DNA from: Gnetum montanum | Taxonomy: Eukaryota > Plantae > Gnetophyta | Assembly: GCA_015680685.1 (NCBI GenBank) | Contig: MNCI01000805.1 | Location: 14,573 to 78,572 of the forward strand | Direction of reading: 5' to 3' | DNA: 64,000 nt | In this document: one piece after another, positions 34,901 to 45,082 of the stretch | Layout of the letters: each line of letters opens with the position of its first letter | Numbering within the stretch: the first letter of the stretch is position 1 | Notes under the pieces: model-generated | Database searches by the model: none | Seen by the model: only the letters and a program-made list of their open reading frames with translations | Told to the model about the DNA's origin: nothing | Program-made: the position numbers and the translations under genes

Positions 34901-35308
34901 TTCTCCTATTTCACTAATGACGTGGGGAACCTTGCCCTTCAGTAGTGAATGTTGGCTCTCCTGCCTTGCATCCCGAATACGTTGGGCATTTGTGGGATGA
35001 TAATCCCTTGTATCATGGTCATCCAAAACGTATTCTGCGAACAGCTCATGCATGCCAATCCGTACCAAGGCACGGAAAAGCATGTTGGGAGCAGATCGAT
35101 CTGGGGGTAACACGATGTTACCTTGCATGTCTCTCCACCGCAGTTGCTCATCTTGATGGAAAACAAAGGTAAAATCCGGCACATACTCATCGGGATGAGT
35201 ATATGTGACCTTAGATTGTTGAGGACATGGTTGATCTCGGTTATGCGTATGATGCTGACTTTCTCCTGTATTGTCCTTAGGTGAGTTGATTTCGTGAGAA
35301 GAAGCCAT
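31964..35308 (-). CDS. gag: Intact 1114-aa Gag-aspartic protease polyprotein of element C
   Basis: Uninterrupted ORF. Gag core IPRFEG..DPQHHLQAF..LKLFPRTLTKEAESWYRSL..W..MLELF..KY..Q..ESL; P/Q-rich linker; protease LPRKLTDPGSP..ALLDSGSGVNLI..DFLVID..IIMGRAWL. Stops with no RT motifs. Confidence 0.93.
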   Translation of the reverse strand: MASSHEINSPKDNTGESQHHTHNRDQPCPQQSKVTYTHPDEYVPDFTFVFHQDEQLRWRDMQGNIVLPPDRSAPNMLFRALVRIGMHELFAEYVLDDHDTRDYHPTNAQRIRDARQESQHSLLKGKVPHVISEIGEEEPLTMGFLENDVPPPHSSEEVRHQGLRSTIHIPGSDPREHQLFTAGTTTHTNDGLVDRHNDRGRSSRREGKKHHHGDGSPSSSPSSHHSPSPSTSGRSHHEHNAESKGKRDEMPRQEGREELGQGQGRRENREPPRRHHRRHERDDHDEPLFATRSMLDIREAVRIPTRHLKDSRIKRLDINNIPRFEGGYNADPQHHLQAFHDACALQNIDNEWQKLKLFPRTLTKEAESWYRSLEPETIRRWSTMLELFNNKYQTYSRVSNLRKQIQGWKQGAHESLDAAMARYYTLLHRCPGHGYAKRDQLRHLVDGLRNETRRTLGTYAQGRLSQLRAHEVEVLLEQVAQEEGELRKRESAEEYNRDPSLRKKGVKFCDEEDESPLEELVNRKTVPIQKLTTEVSAKVDQMWDSLDSRIETVLKIVEESKDEQSSDKSKDKRRNFNPAHNKGKGKISNSDEAENSDSDNDGGCEVCYYDHPKGCCPIISHLQESGVYALNPRLNQRQTPRRLPYPQGNPRQFHQPLTYYPSGTPPQPIEQHQQWQYPQSWGMPQPTHRYPYRQPDPYGYYVQQPVSPGDAMSHTPRRHYYAREYFRRTPSPPGDIPHSVHPLTPPAPFPQVVPITPPAPTMQGELPTQPQQRHAARSVNIQSVNIQPDTSSGDNCTKRRPFFRTRSPDRLSQQQADGYMYRPLTTNTSEHPSVQGNVTHTVMLTHTVTDWIKVGHLPRKLTDPGSPFIHLQIAGNAPHRALLDSGSGVNLISRKMYHAWNLPQLKKSNIQLELADQSIAIPLGLVEDVITTVCGWSYPADFLVIDVNNNEGDFPIIMGRAWLSTVDACLRIRDLSLEISKINICGKIEKRIVPCITYSDSSGDDTEEMSPCHRCAQETLQQRCLYVATTQEVVDTPWLTASHKGKQICMERTEETHANNRGIDTLERERRQLPPLNLRSSFGRSWALLRNSNRRSLLRISPSQLSHGGDGHLC

Positions 35309-35435
35309 TTCTATTGGTGTGCTAATTTCACCGTTATTTATTGTTCTTGATTAACTGATTAACCCTAAGGTTCGTTTTAAGCTCACAACGATGTGAGTGA
35401 TATCCCTTATGTTAAATTGGCGAAAAAACACTTAG

Positions 35436-35453
35436 TCCCCGGCAACGGCGCCA
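35436..35453 (-). promoter_or_regulatory. Element C primer-binding site (Athila type)
   Basis: TGGCGCCGTTGCCGGGGA, 1 nt after the 5' LTR; the characteristic Athila PBS. Confidence 0.93.
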
Positions 35454-35454
35454 A

Positions 35455-36488
35455 TGATGAGTGGCGAGGTACCCCTACACTCCACCATACGAATACGAGC
35501 GTACACGCGCGATCCGGTCGAACTCCGCAGACTAAATGCCTTAACGCCACAAGAAACACTTGGGGTTAATCGTTCGTTGTCTTCCCAGGCTTGCTTGTAT
35601 GTGTCACGGTGTATGGTTAAGCAAGTCTGAGGTATGTGATTTTTTTGGTATTTTCGGCTTATCTTCTATGCTACCAGGAGGAAGGGTTGAGAAAACTAAA
35701 CTAACTCTAACTAAGATCTAAGTCTAAATTAACTAGCGTCAGCATCCGTTCCCACTTGCCGGACACACCCTGAACTATGCAACTGCAGCTTACCAAACGC
35801 TAATCGTTACTGGGATCGCCACACGTAACGCAAGTGCTCGAAGTGGTCGTACTGAGGCACCTATTTAGCCTACGTGTGATAAGCAGCCGATTCCTTAGCC
35901 AGCCGTACACACCCGTGGGTGCTCGTAACTAAGTCGTACTTATCACACGATCTAGCCTAGCAATGAGCAGCCGATTCCTCAACTAGCTGTACACATTAGA
36001 CCCGGGAGTTACCAAGCGCAGAATCCTGGAATACGCTACTGGGTTACCAAGCATCCAATGCTCGTAATTGAGTCGTACTCATGCATTGCGTCAAGCAGCC
36101 GATTCCTTGACTAGCCGTACACGTCCGTAGACGCTCGTAATCAAGTCGTACTTGAACGCACTAGGAAAGCAGGAAATAAAGCAATAAATGAAACCACATG
36201 CTGCAAGGTTTATCCAAACAAGTTCGTCTTTATTGCTGTACACAACTTGGGTTCAGGTTACAAGCTGCTCGAATAAAGAGCCGTTCACTCTAGGACTCCT
36301 ACTGCGGGTACATGGGGAAAAATTCTAACTCTGGAGTGATCAATCTGCCAGAGCTTCGCTACACTAGCCAGGATTGGGAAATAAGGGGAGTGCCGCCTCT
36401 TATTTATAGAAATGGCGATGGGACACGATATCATGTACGCGATATCGCGTACGCAATATCGCGGCCTAGTGTAAACCGCGTCTCATCA
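35455..36488 (-). repeat. Element C 5' LTR
   Basis: Matches 28865-29933 except in two local patches; TATAAATA on the - strand at 36401-36408. Confidence 0.95.
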
Positions 36489-36493
36489 TAGTC

Positions 36494-38530
36494 TTTTGGC
36501 AAAGGACTTGGACCTTCTCCATGGAGAGGTTTCTATTTTCAGCTACCAATCTCCTTAGCTATGTGTTCACTCTAGCTAGTTGCTCCTTCTATTGATAGAT
36601 AAAGTCAACCAACTATTATTTATGCTCATCAACATTTCATAGGTAATGTTTCTCTATGGTCAATTGCACATTCTCCTAGTAGGTCAAATCAAAGGCCTTC
36701 TAAATTTTGTGCTAGGTAGCCTCTACCAAGGATCGGCAGAACACCATTGTCTCCATTATAGCCTCAACCCCTTTTAGTCTAGTGTGAAGTTGTTCAAGAG
36801 CTTCATATTTTGTCAATGTTGGGTTGATAAAGGTAGGGTCAACAATTTGGGCTCTTAATTCAAAAACTTTAGCAACCAATTTTTGGTTCAACTCCTTAGC
36901 TATTTCAAGTTGCCCTTCTAAGATAATGTTTTTCCCCTTGCCTTTAGTAGCTCCAACTAGGTTACAGTAATACTTTTTGAAAGGTCAAGGACATTCAAAA
37001 TCAATTACTTGGTTCCCACTAGTTAATCTAATAGTTCTTCTTGTTGTGTTGCACTTAATTTGCCACTTATGGTCCCTGCAGACATCTACACATCTTTGAG
37101 TGTAGTGATATCTAGTACAAATGCCACAAGTGCATTGAGTGTTTTAGAAATTCTATCAGCAACCATCTCTACTGCTATCCTACCCTTGGTGCTGCATCAC
37201 TAGCATTACTACCTCATCACCTTCATCCAAGCACACTAAGAAGTTCATGATGTTCCTAGAAATTTCTAAGAGTGGCTACTATTTTATGAGAAATACCATG
37301 AGCTCTCTAGCACTAGGATTTGACCTTGTGGACAACTACATTCATTGGGCCAAGAAAATAGATCCACCTCCTCCCATCATGTTGACTGTTTAGGCCACCT
37401 CATTTAGATGACTCATCACTAACTAGTACATAGATGGGTCTCTGTCACTCATGCTTGTTCGTTGCTCTTATTTGTTCAAGATCCATCCTTGGTATTCATG
37501 CAACCTTTGGGTTATTGTAGCAATGTCGAACATAGTTGTTTGAGTGGCAAGTGGAGGTGGTAGCTACTGATCCTCTTCATGAATGATTGTTGCAAGTGTT
37601 TTATCTTTTAACATCTCCACCTAATTAGCGATTAAAGCATGCCTGAAAACATCATTTGTATAACATACTCTTACTCCCCTTAGACAAATTTTTCTAATGA
37701 GGCATGAGAAGGGGAGTACCTTCCTTCTATGTTCATTCTCTTTAAACTACTTCTCTATCTCTAGATAGATTAGCTATGGAATGTTGATAGGGAATCTTGC
37801 ACTCAGGGTAGTGCATGCATGAGTAGAAAAGGTAGTGATCTTGTTGAGCCTCACTGTGGGGTTTAGGTGAAAGGCCACAATCTTGTACTGAATTCTTTTT
37901 GCTAATGTGAGCATGCTATACTCCTTATGATTGAAACCATAACATTGTTAAATCCATTCCTTTTTTATGTTGGGTTTCCCTTGCATTAGAATCTCAACAA
38001 GATTTGTCCATGTTTCTGGCAACCTAAGAACTTTAGCAATGGCCTGCATTGAGTAAGACATTGAGATGTCCTTGATTTTGACCATTGAATTGGATTGCTT
38101 ATTATTCTAAAATAAGAATAACTCTCTCATGTACCACTCCCTAGTGGAAGTGATAATTGGCCACATGGGAGATGTCTTCAATTGGTCTTGTACTTCTTTT
38201 AAGTGCTTTCTCTAGGAAGGAGCCAAATTTAACTCTTAGAGCACTATTTTTTGGACTTGATTTGATTTGATTTAGGTAGGCTTCTATTAAGGTCACCTCA
38301 AGGTTTTCTTGCTGAGCTAGTGCCTCATCTTAGTGGGAATGTTTTGTTGCTATTGCTAGTTCTATAATTTAACGAATAGATTCCACCTTGGTCTCTTCCC
38401 TAAGAGAACCCATGGCATGGGTTGCAAGTGGTTCTTTTTAGGCATGTTCTTGGTCCCTTCCAGTTCTTGGTCATTTTTCTCTTGGTTGAGAGGATCATCC
38501 TTCTTGTGTGTGTTTGTCTTTTGGTGCCAT
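36494..38530 (-). pseudogene. Element B env-like accessory ORF, degenerate
   Basis: Starts ATGGCACCAAAAG (MAPK) at 38530, downstream of pol and of an internal PPT-like motif near 38712. Contains ..FPINIP*LIYLEIEK..KVLPFSCLIRKICL.., resembling the LPFP.LIT..C motif of Athila env-like proteins. Confidence 0.65.
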
Positions 38531-40501
38531 CTATGGTCATAACACATCCATGGATTATTTTATTAATTAATTTTCATTATAAGTGTCATCAAAGCTCATT
38601 GGAAGATTTTAACTTCTATAATTTGGCATTTAAATGTTGATTTCTTAATTAAACTTTTGTGGGAGTTAGAAAAATGGTGAAAATTTTTCTATAAAAAATG
38701 GCACATTTGTGGCCCCCATGACTAAGAGCTTACCTCTAGTAGCTACAAGGTTGAAGAATTAAGTGATTTGGAGAAACAGTTAGGAAGTTATAGGCTCTAG
38801 AGGGTTCTAGGCTCTGAAAATTTGAAAAAATTCTTAGGCATTTGTGAGAAAATGTAAAAATTCATGAGTCACACATATTTATATTATTTTTACACTACAT
38901 TTATGGGGCTGCATATATGGTGCCTCATATATGCATGGGCTCTATCAACAGGGCCCTTTTTATGGGTTTCGTAAACAAAAATTTTCAAATGTGAATATCT
39001 TGAAAAATACAATGAATTTTTGAATGATTTTGAAGTCCATGGAGTCAGAAAAGCCAAGAATAGGGGATTTTTGAAAGCTAAAGAATTGAAAAATTTTATG
39101 GAAAATGTGTGCATTAAATAAAATATGTAAAGGAGCACATGGTTGGATGTAGAAGATGGGTGTACAAAAGATTCTGATTGCAAGAATGCCTAAGGATAAG
39201 GTGCTTAACAAATCCAACCAAAAGATATGCAAGTGGGTCCTTCCCATAGTAGGAACATGCCTTTTTTACCCTTCCATAACCTCAACCTAAGGAGTTCATG
39301 GGCCCCATAGGTAATTAATGGTTGATGGAAGTTAAGGACTAAAACCTAGAAGATTCTACCAAAGAATTCAAGTACATCAGACAAAAACACTGAATCAAGA
39401 ACATGGACATCAATTGTGAGATGAATCATGGGTAGCATAGATGGATGATAAAGAAGGTGTAATGGAATTCAAAATTGAGGTCATAAGAAATCCTTTGTTT
39501 ATTTCTATTTAAATGACTTGAGAAGATCCATCCTTAGCCCAGACCAGAACCAACCACTTTCAATGTCTTTGCATCATCACTCTAAGACTAATCTACCTCC
39601 TCAAGATACAAGAGTGCTCCCACAAAACAACCACTACTCCATAAATAGAAAAAAAGAGAAGTAAGAGGTGATAGAGGGCCTTAGTTAGAGGGGACCTTTA
39701 GGCATGGGTAACATGTGTTTCTAGTTCCATAACTAGTGCTTATAGCCCATTTATATGTCTAAGGAATGTGCTTTGAATTTCCATCATGTTTTATATATAT
39801 ATATTTTGTTTTATTTGTTTTTTTAATTTTTTTTTTATTTTCTTTCTTTTTCTATGGGAACCACACCATGCAAATACTTTATTCAACTTCTTATTATTGT
39901 TTGATACGAAATAGTAAGAAGTCTATGAAAATACTCATGCACCTAAGCAAGTAGAAGAGTACAAAGAGTATTGAGTTTCCTTGAAGTCACATCATGTGCA
40001 AACATTTAAATCCTTCTGAATTTTGGAAAATACTAAGGTCACAAATTTATTAAAATTTTATTTAATGAAAATGGATCTTAAACTTCCAAAACAAGGAAAA
40101 CCATAGAGTTTGTGGATGGATGGATATCATGGACTCATTGCCTGTTTCATGAAAAATAAGTTGTGTCTTATCCATTTGTACAAAACTTCAGAAATAGAAA
40201 TTAGACATTAGCAAACAAAAGTTAAGCACAAACCATTATTAGTAATAGCTACAACACCACTGTGTCGTATTGGCACAAAGCACATTTATTAACAAAACTT
40301 AAAAAAATCACACTAAAATAAAGTAAAATATATAATAAACTGTAAAATACTCAAGAAAGATTTAAATGTACTAATGATGTTGTAAAAAAATGGTGTAAAA
40401 TAGGAAGAAGTTTTAAAATCAAAAAGGTGTAAAATAAAAAATTTGCAAAGAAAAAAATGTATAAAACAAAAAATAGAAAAATTTAGGAGTCATCTATGTC
40501 A

Positions 40502-43500
40502 TTAGCATGGATGACCATCTCCTCCAAGACTAAGCTAGGAGGAGATTCAAAAAATTGAGTGTGGTTACCCATTTGTTGAGGTATTTTTTGCATTGTCTTG
40601 CTTGAGCTCATGGAAAGGCTTTATCTGTTGGACATTGACCAACTACTTTTTGTTTGGGCTTTTAGGTTTTTATATGATCATTGCCCAAGAAGAAAAGGCC
40701 TTATTAATTATATAAGACCCTTCCCACAACATTTGGGATTTGGTTTCTTGATGTATGTGTGTGGGATTTTAGTAGAGAACCTTATCTTCCTATTGAAAGT
40801 TTACTTTCCATATTCTAAGATCATGACATTTGTTGAATGCCTTGTGCAGTTCATTCCAAGATAGGGCTACCAATTGATTTTTTCCTAGCACATTTAGGTT
40901 GAATACTATTCTTTTTGTGCTAGACTTCAGTTAAGATCCAAGTTATAGGCTATTGAGAGTGTATGAAGCTCAAATTGAATTGGCAGTGTTGGAAGTTTTC
41001 TATACACTAACTCATAGGAATAGTAGCCAATAGGAAGTTTTTATGTTGAGCAGTAGGCCCAAAGGAAATCATTGAGTTTTGTGCTCTAGTCTCTCCTATA
41101 TTTCCTAATAGTTCTTATTAGAATCTTTGTCATCTCCATGTTAGTCACCTTTGCATGACCATTGGCATGGGGGTGATTGGGTGTTGTTAATTTATGTTGA
41201 ACCTCCAAGCATTGCATGAGTTTTTGAAAAATGGCACCTATAAAATGGATTCCATTATTAGAAATTAGTGCATGTGGCATCCCAAACCTATTCACAACAT
41301 TTTTTTGTACAAATTGAGTAGTAGTGGATGTTGATAGTCGATGATAACTACTACTTCTGTCCATTTGATATAGTAGTCAACAACAACAATTATATATGCC
41401 TTCCCATTGGACATGGGTGTGATGGAACCCATGAAATCTATGCCCCATATGTCAAAGGGTTCTAGTGGTTGAATCACCTATTGAGGACCCTCCATTTGTA
41501 TGCTCATCCCACCATCACGTTGGTATGACTCATAGGATTAGACAAATTATTAGACATCCCTAAGGATTATGGGCCAATACTATCTTTCTATTAGGATTTT
41601 TATGGCCATGCATCTTCTACTATAGTGGCCTTCACAATGGCCTTCATGAGCATTTTGGAGAACATGCAATTGTTCTACATTAGGCACACACCAGTGAACT
41701 AGGCCATTGGCACATACCTTGTAAAGGTTTTTGTTGATTTCCATGAAGTGATTTCCCCAATTAAGAAACTATTGTTTCTTCTTATGGTCTAGATCTTGTG
41801 GCATCTTTTGAGTGAGAAGATAAGTGAGGATGCCATCATACCATTTTGGTTCTATGGATATTTTTTTATTCATTGCACCATTAATGAGGAGTTCATTAGA
41901 TAGTGGGCTTTCCTCCTCTTTGTTATCCCATCACAACTAAGCCAAGTGATTAGCAATTACATTCTTATTTTCCTTTTGATCTACCATTGCAAGATTGAAT
42001 TTTCTACAAGATCACTAGCCACCATATAACATGTTGGCTAACCACTGGCTTGTTCATGAGGAAGCAGATGACATTGTGATCACTGTGCACAAACACTTCA
42101 TATCTAACCACATAGTTCTTGAACGTTTCCATAGCATTCACCACCATCATCAATACTTTCTCCATAGTGGTGTAATTCACTTGTACATCCACAATGCTTT
42201 GACCTATGCAGTGGATGTAATATGGACATTTCTTATTGTCCAACTATGTAAGCACAACTCTCAAGGCATAATTAGATGCATCCATCATGATATGGAATAA
42301 TTTGGACTAGTCAAGTGCTCATAGAATTGGAGTCTTTATGAGCTTTTTCTTGAGGCTTTGGAATGCATTTTCACATTTCTTAGTTCGGATGAAGAGATCA
42401 TATTTCTTTGTTAGCTTGACCAATGGTTTCAAGATCTTATAGAAATTCTCTATGAATCATTGGTAGTAACCAATGTGTTCAAGAAATGGTCAAACATCTT
42501 TGACAGTTTTTGCTTGAAGGGTGATTCCTTGGATGATTATTATCTTTTCAGGATCTACCTCAATCCTTTCCTATGAAATCTAATGCCCCAATACAATGCC
42601 CTCTTAGACCATGAGATGGCTCTTTTTCCAATTGAGTTGTAGATTTATTTCTATGCATATTTTTAGTACTTGTTCAAGGTGGTCCAAGGCTTGCTTGAAT
42701 GTAGCATCATAAGTGGAGAAGTCATCCATGAATACTTCCATTTTGCTACCTATTTGCTACTAGAAGCTATGTAAGACCAGACATTGAAAAGTGGAAGGAG
42801 CATTGCACAAACCAAAAGGCATATTGCAATATGCAAAGATCCACCAAGGACTTATGAATATTGTTTTGTCTTGATCTTCTAGTACAATTTGGATTTGGTT
42901 ATAGCCACTATAACCATATAGAAAACTATAATAGCAATGCCCATATATGGTGTTCAACACTTGATAAATGAATGACAGTGGAAAATGATCTTTGAATGTT
43001 GCCATATTTAATAGCTCGAAATTGATACAAACCCATCATTTACCATCTCTCTTTAGTACTATCATGAATGCGCTAACCCATTCACTATTTGCAATCGGGT
43101 AAATGAACACTGCTTTAAGGAGTTGCTCAATCTCCTCTTTAATAATTTTCTTCAATCTCGGGTTCAACCGCTATTGTAGTTGCCTTCTTGGGTTCATGGA
43201 TGGATCAGTGTAAATGTGATGTTGGCATATCCGTGGAACAATTCCAATGAGTTTTGGATATGACTAAGAAAAGGTTGTTGGCCATTTCTTAATCACTTTC
43301 AATAGTTTTGGTTTTTTCCCAAGAGCAAGTTTGGCATTGAGTATGACCAGCTTTCCATTTTTCAAGAATGCATATTCTAAGCTAGCAAATAGAGTTTTCA
43401 ACTCTAGGGGTTCCTGTTTAAAATATTTAAGGATATCCAACTCTTCCCAATTAATATCATCGTTTTCATCATTAGAGATTTGGTAATGAACTTACTCTAG

Positions 43501-43666
43501 TTCATTCATGCCTATGACATAAGTCCATGTCAGGCTCTTAGTGGCTTCCATGCACATTGTACTATTGTTAGAATCAACGACCAACCACTGGGTGCCCTCT
43601 AATTTTTTGGCTACTTTGTATAGAAAATTTTGAATATTTGCCTCATGTTCACACTACTTGCTTACA
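40502..43666 (-). pseudogene. pol: Element B pol: RT, RNase H, integrase
   Basis: KDHFPL.FI..GYSGYNQI..DQDKT.F..MPFGLCNAPSTFQ, EVFMDDFS (RT); NYTTMEK..VHSDH (RH); PFDIWGIDFMG..VVVDYYIKW, NRFGMP.ALISNNG.HF, HPHANG (INT). Many stops and frameshifts. Confidence 0.92.
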
Positions 43667-44182
43667 AAAATAAATGCTCGACACTCAACAATACCAGCTA
43701 CGTCTAAATCGCGGCTTATCAAATTTGTAAATTTGCACCAACACTGCAGTGGGCAACCTTCTCTCTCTGTGCAGGTGCACACGACAAGTGAAACACAGAT
43801 GTGAATGACGAGCAGAGCTCTGAGCAGCCGATGACGCGCAAACGGTAGTGTGTGTGTTGCAGGTGACGACAGCGATCAATCTGCAATGAGAACGATCTCC
43901 CACTCTTCCAAATCACTAAGGTTGATGGGTTGCATATGCATGGCTACGCTTGTAGATCTATGTTGATGCAAGATCTGAGTCGAGGGTGTCGCAGATCCAG
44001 GATCGCCACCATTAAGTTCATATTTCTAAGTTTTTTTTCACATCATTGGGCGGACCTATGGTCTTTTGGCATCAACGGGTTCAGAGGTGGTTTGGCGTCA
44101 ACGGGTTCACTGGTGCTTCTGATCCAGAAGTGCTATGTAGGGCTACGCTGTTGGTAGGGAAGATCTTTGCTACAGTGCAGTC

Positions 44183-45082
44183 ATGGATGAATCTCAAGGC
44201 CCGTCTGGTTCTTCTTAGCAGGGAAGTCCCCCCAATTCCACTAATATTGATTTTTTTATTCTGGACAATCTTTTTGATAATGTAGCTAAAGAATTTTCAT
44301 CTCGGTTCATTTTTATTCAAATTATGGGTTTTATTCCTCGATCAATAAATCTCAATTTCTACATCAAATCTATTCTACAATCTCACGACATAACCATTTC
44401 CTTTACCCGATATTATGCCCGAAACTTTGTGCTCGTAGAACTCTCTGATGCTTCTCATGTCAAGAAATCCCTTTCAGCCTATTTTTTCCCAGCACGAAAT
44501 GCCACCCTAGTCATCCATCCATGTAAATTTGACTTCGATGTCAATGACCGAGCCTATAAAACTATCCCCTGTTATGTGGAGTTACCTAATCTTCCACTTA
44601 TTTTTTCCACCTTTGAGAGAGACATTGTCAGTACCCTAGGTCACATTATCTCTGATCACGGAGTAGAGGTTAATGGAATNNNNNNNNNNNNNNNNNNNNN
44701 NNNNNNNNNNNNNNNNNNNNNNNNNNNNNNNNNNNNNNNNNNNNNNNNNNNNNNNNNNNNNNNNNNNNNNNNNNNNNNNNNNNNNNNNNNNNNNNNNNNN
44801 NNNNNNNNNNNNNNNNNNNNNNNNNNNNNTAAAGTCACCCAATATAAATCTTTCAAGGACTCTATTTCAACCACTAAGGGAGGGAATGATGGGGGCAGGA
44901 AAAGAGCTAAACCATCCTCCTTTTCTGACCCACCATTATCTCCCTCCCATATAGCCTCTTCTATAGTTCCAGTTATTACAAACGACCCCCTTGTTGTCCT
45001 CTCCAACATAATGGAAGTGGACACATCAACTCTCAAATCCTCTGAAGTTCTTTCCCTACCCGCATCTTCTACCTCCTTATGA
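44183..45082 (+). pseudogene. LINE ORF1 (DUF4283-like), gapped
   Basis: MDESQGPSGSS*.. is in frame with ORF 44324-45082. RNFVLVEL..TIPCYVELPNLPLIF..IVSTLG matches the plant L1 ORF1 PVWVxLPxLP pattern. Confidence 0.75.

Larger units (their letters stand above)
28865..36488 (-). mobile_element. Element C: young non-autonomous Athila-type LTR element (Gag-protease only; no RT, RH or INT)
   Basis: Near-identical LTRs 28865-29933 and 35455-36488. Perfect TSD TAGTC (28860-28864, 36489-36493). Canonical PBS and PPT; single intact ORF; CpG-rich. Confidence 0.96.

Noticed and set aside
32047-35190. Multiple ORFs overlapping the 1114-aa ORF in other frames or strand
   Set aside because: Expected shadows of a GC-rich intact ORF; no motifs.
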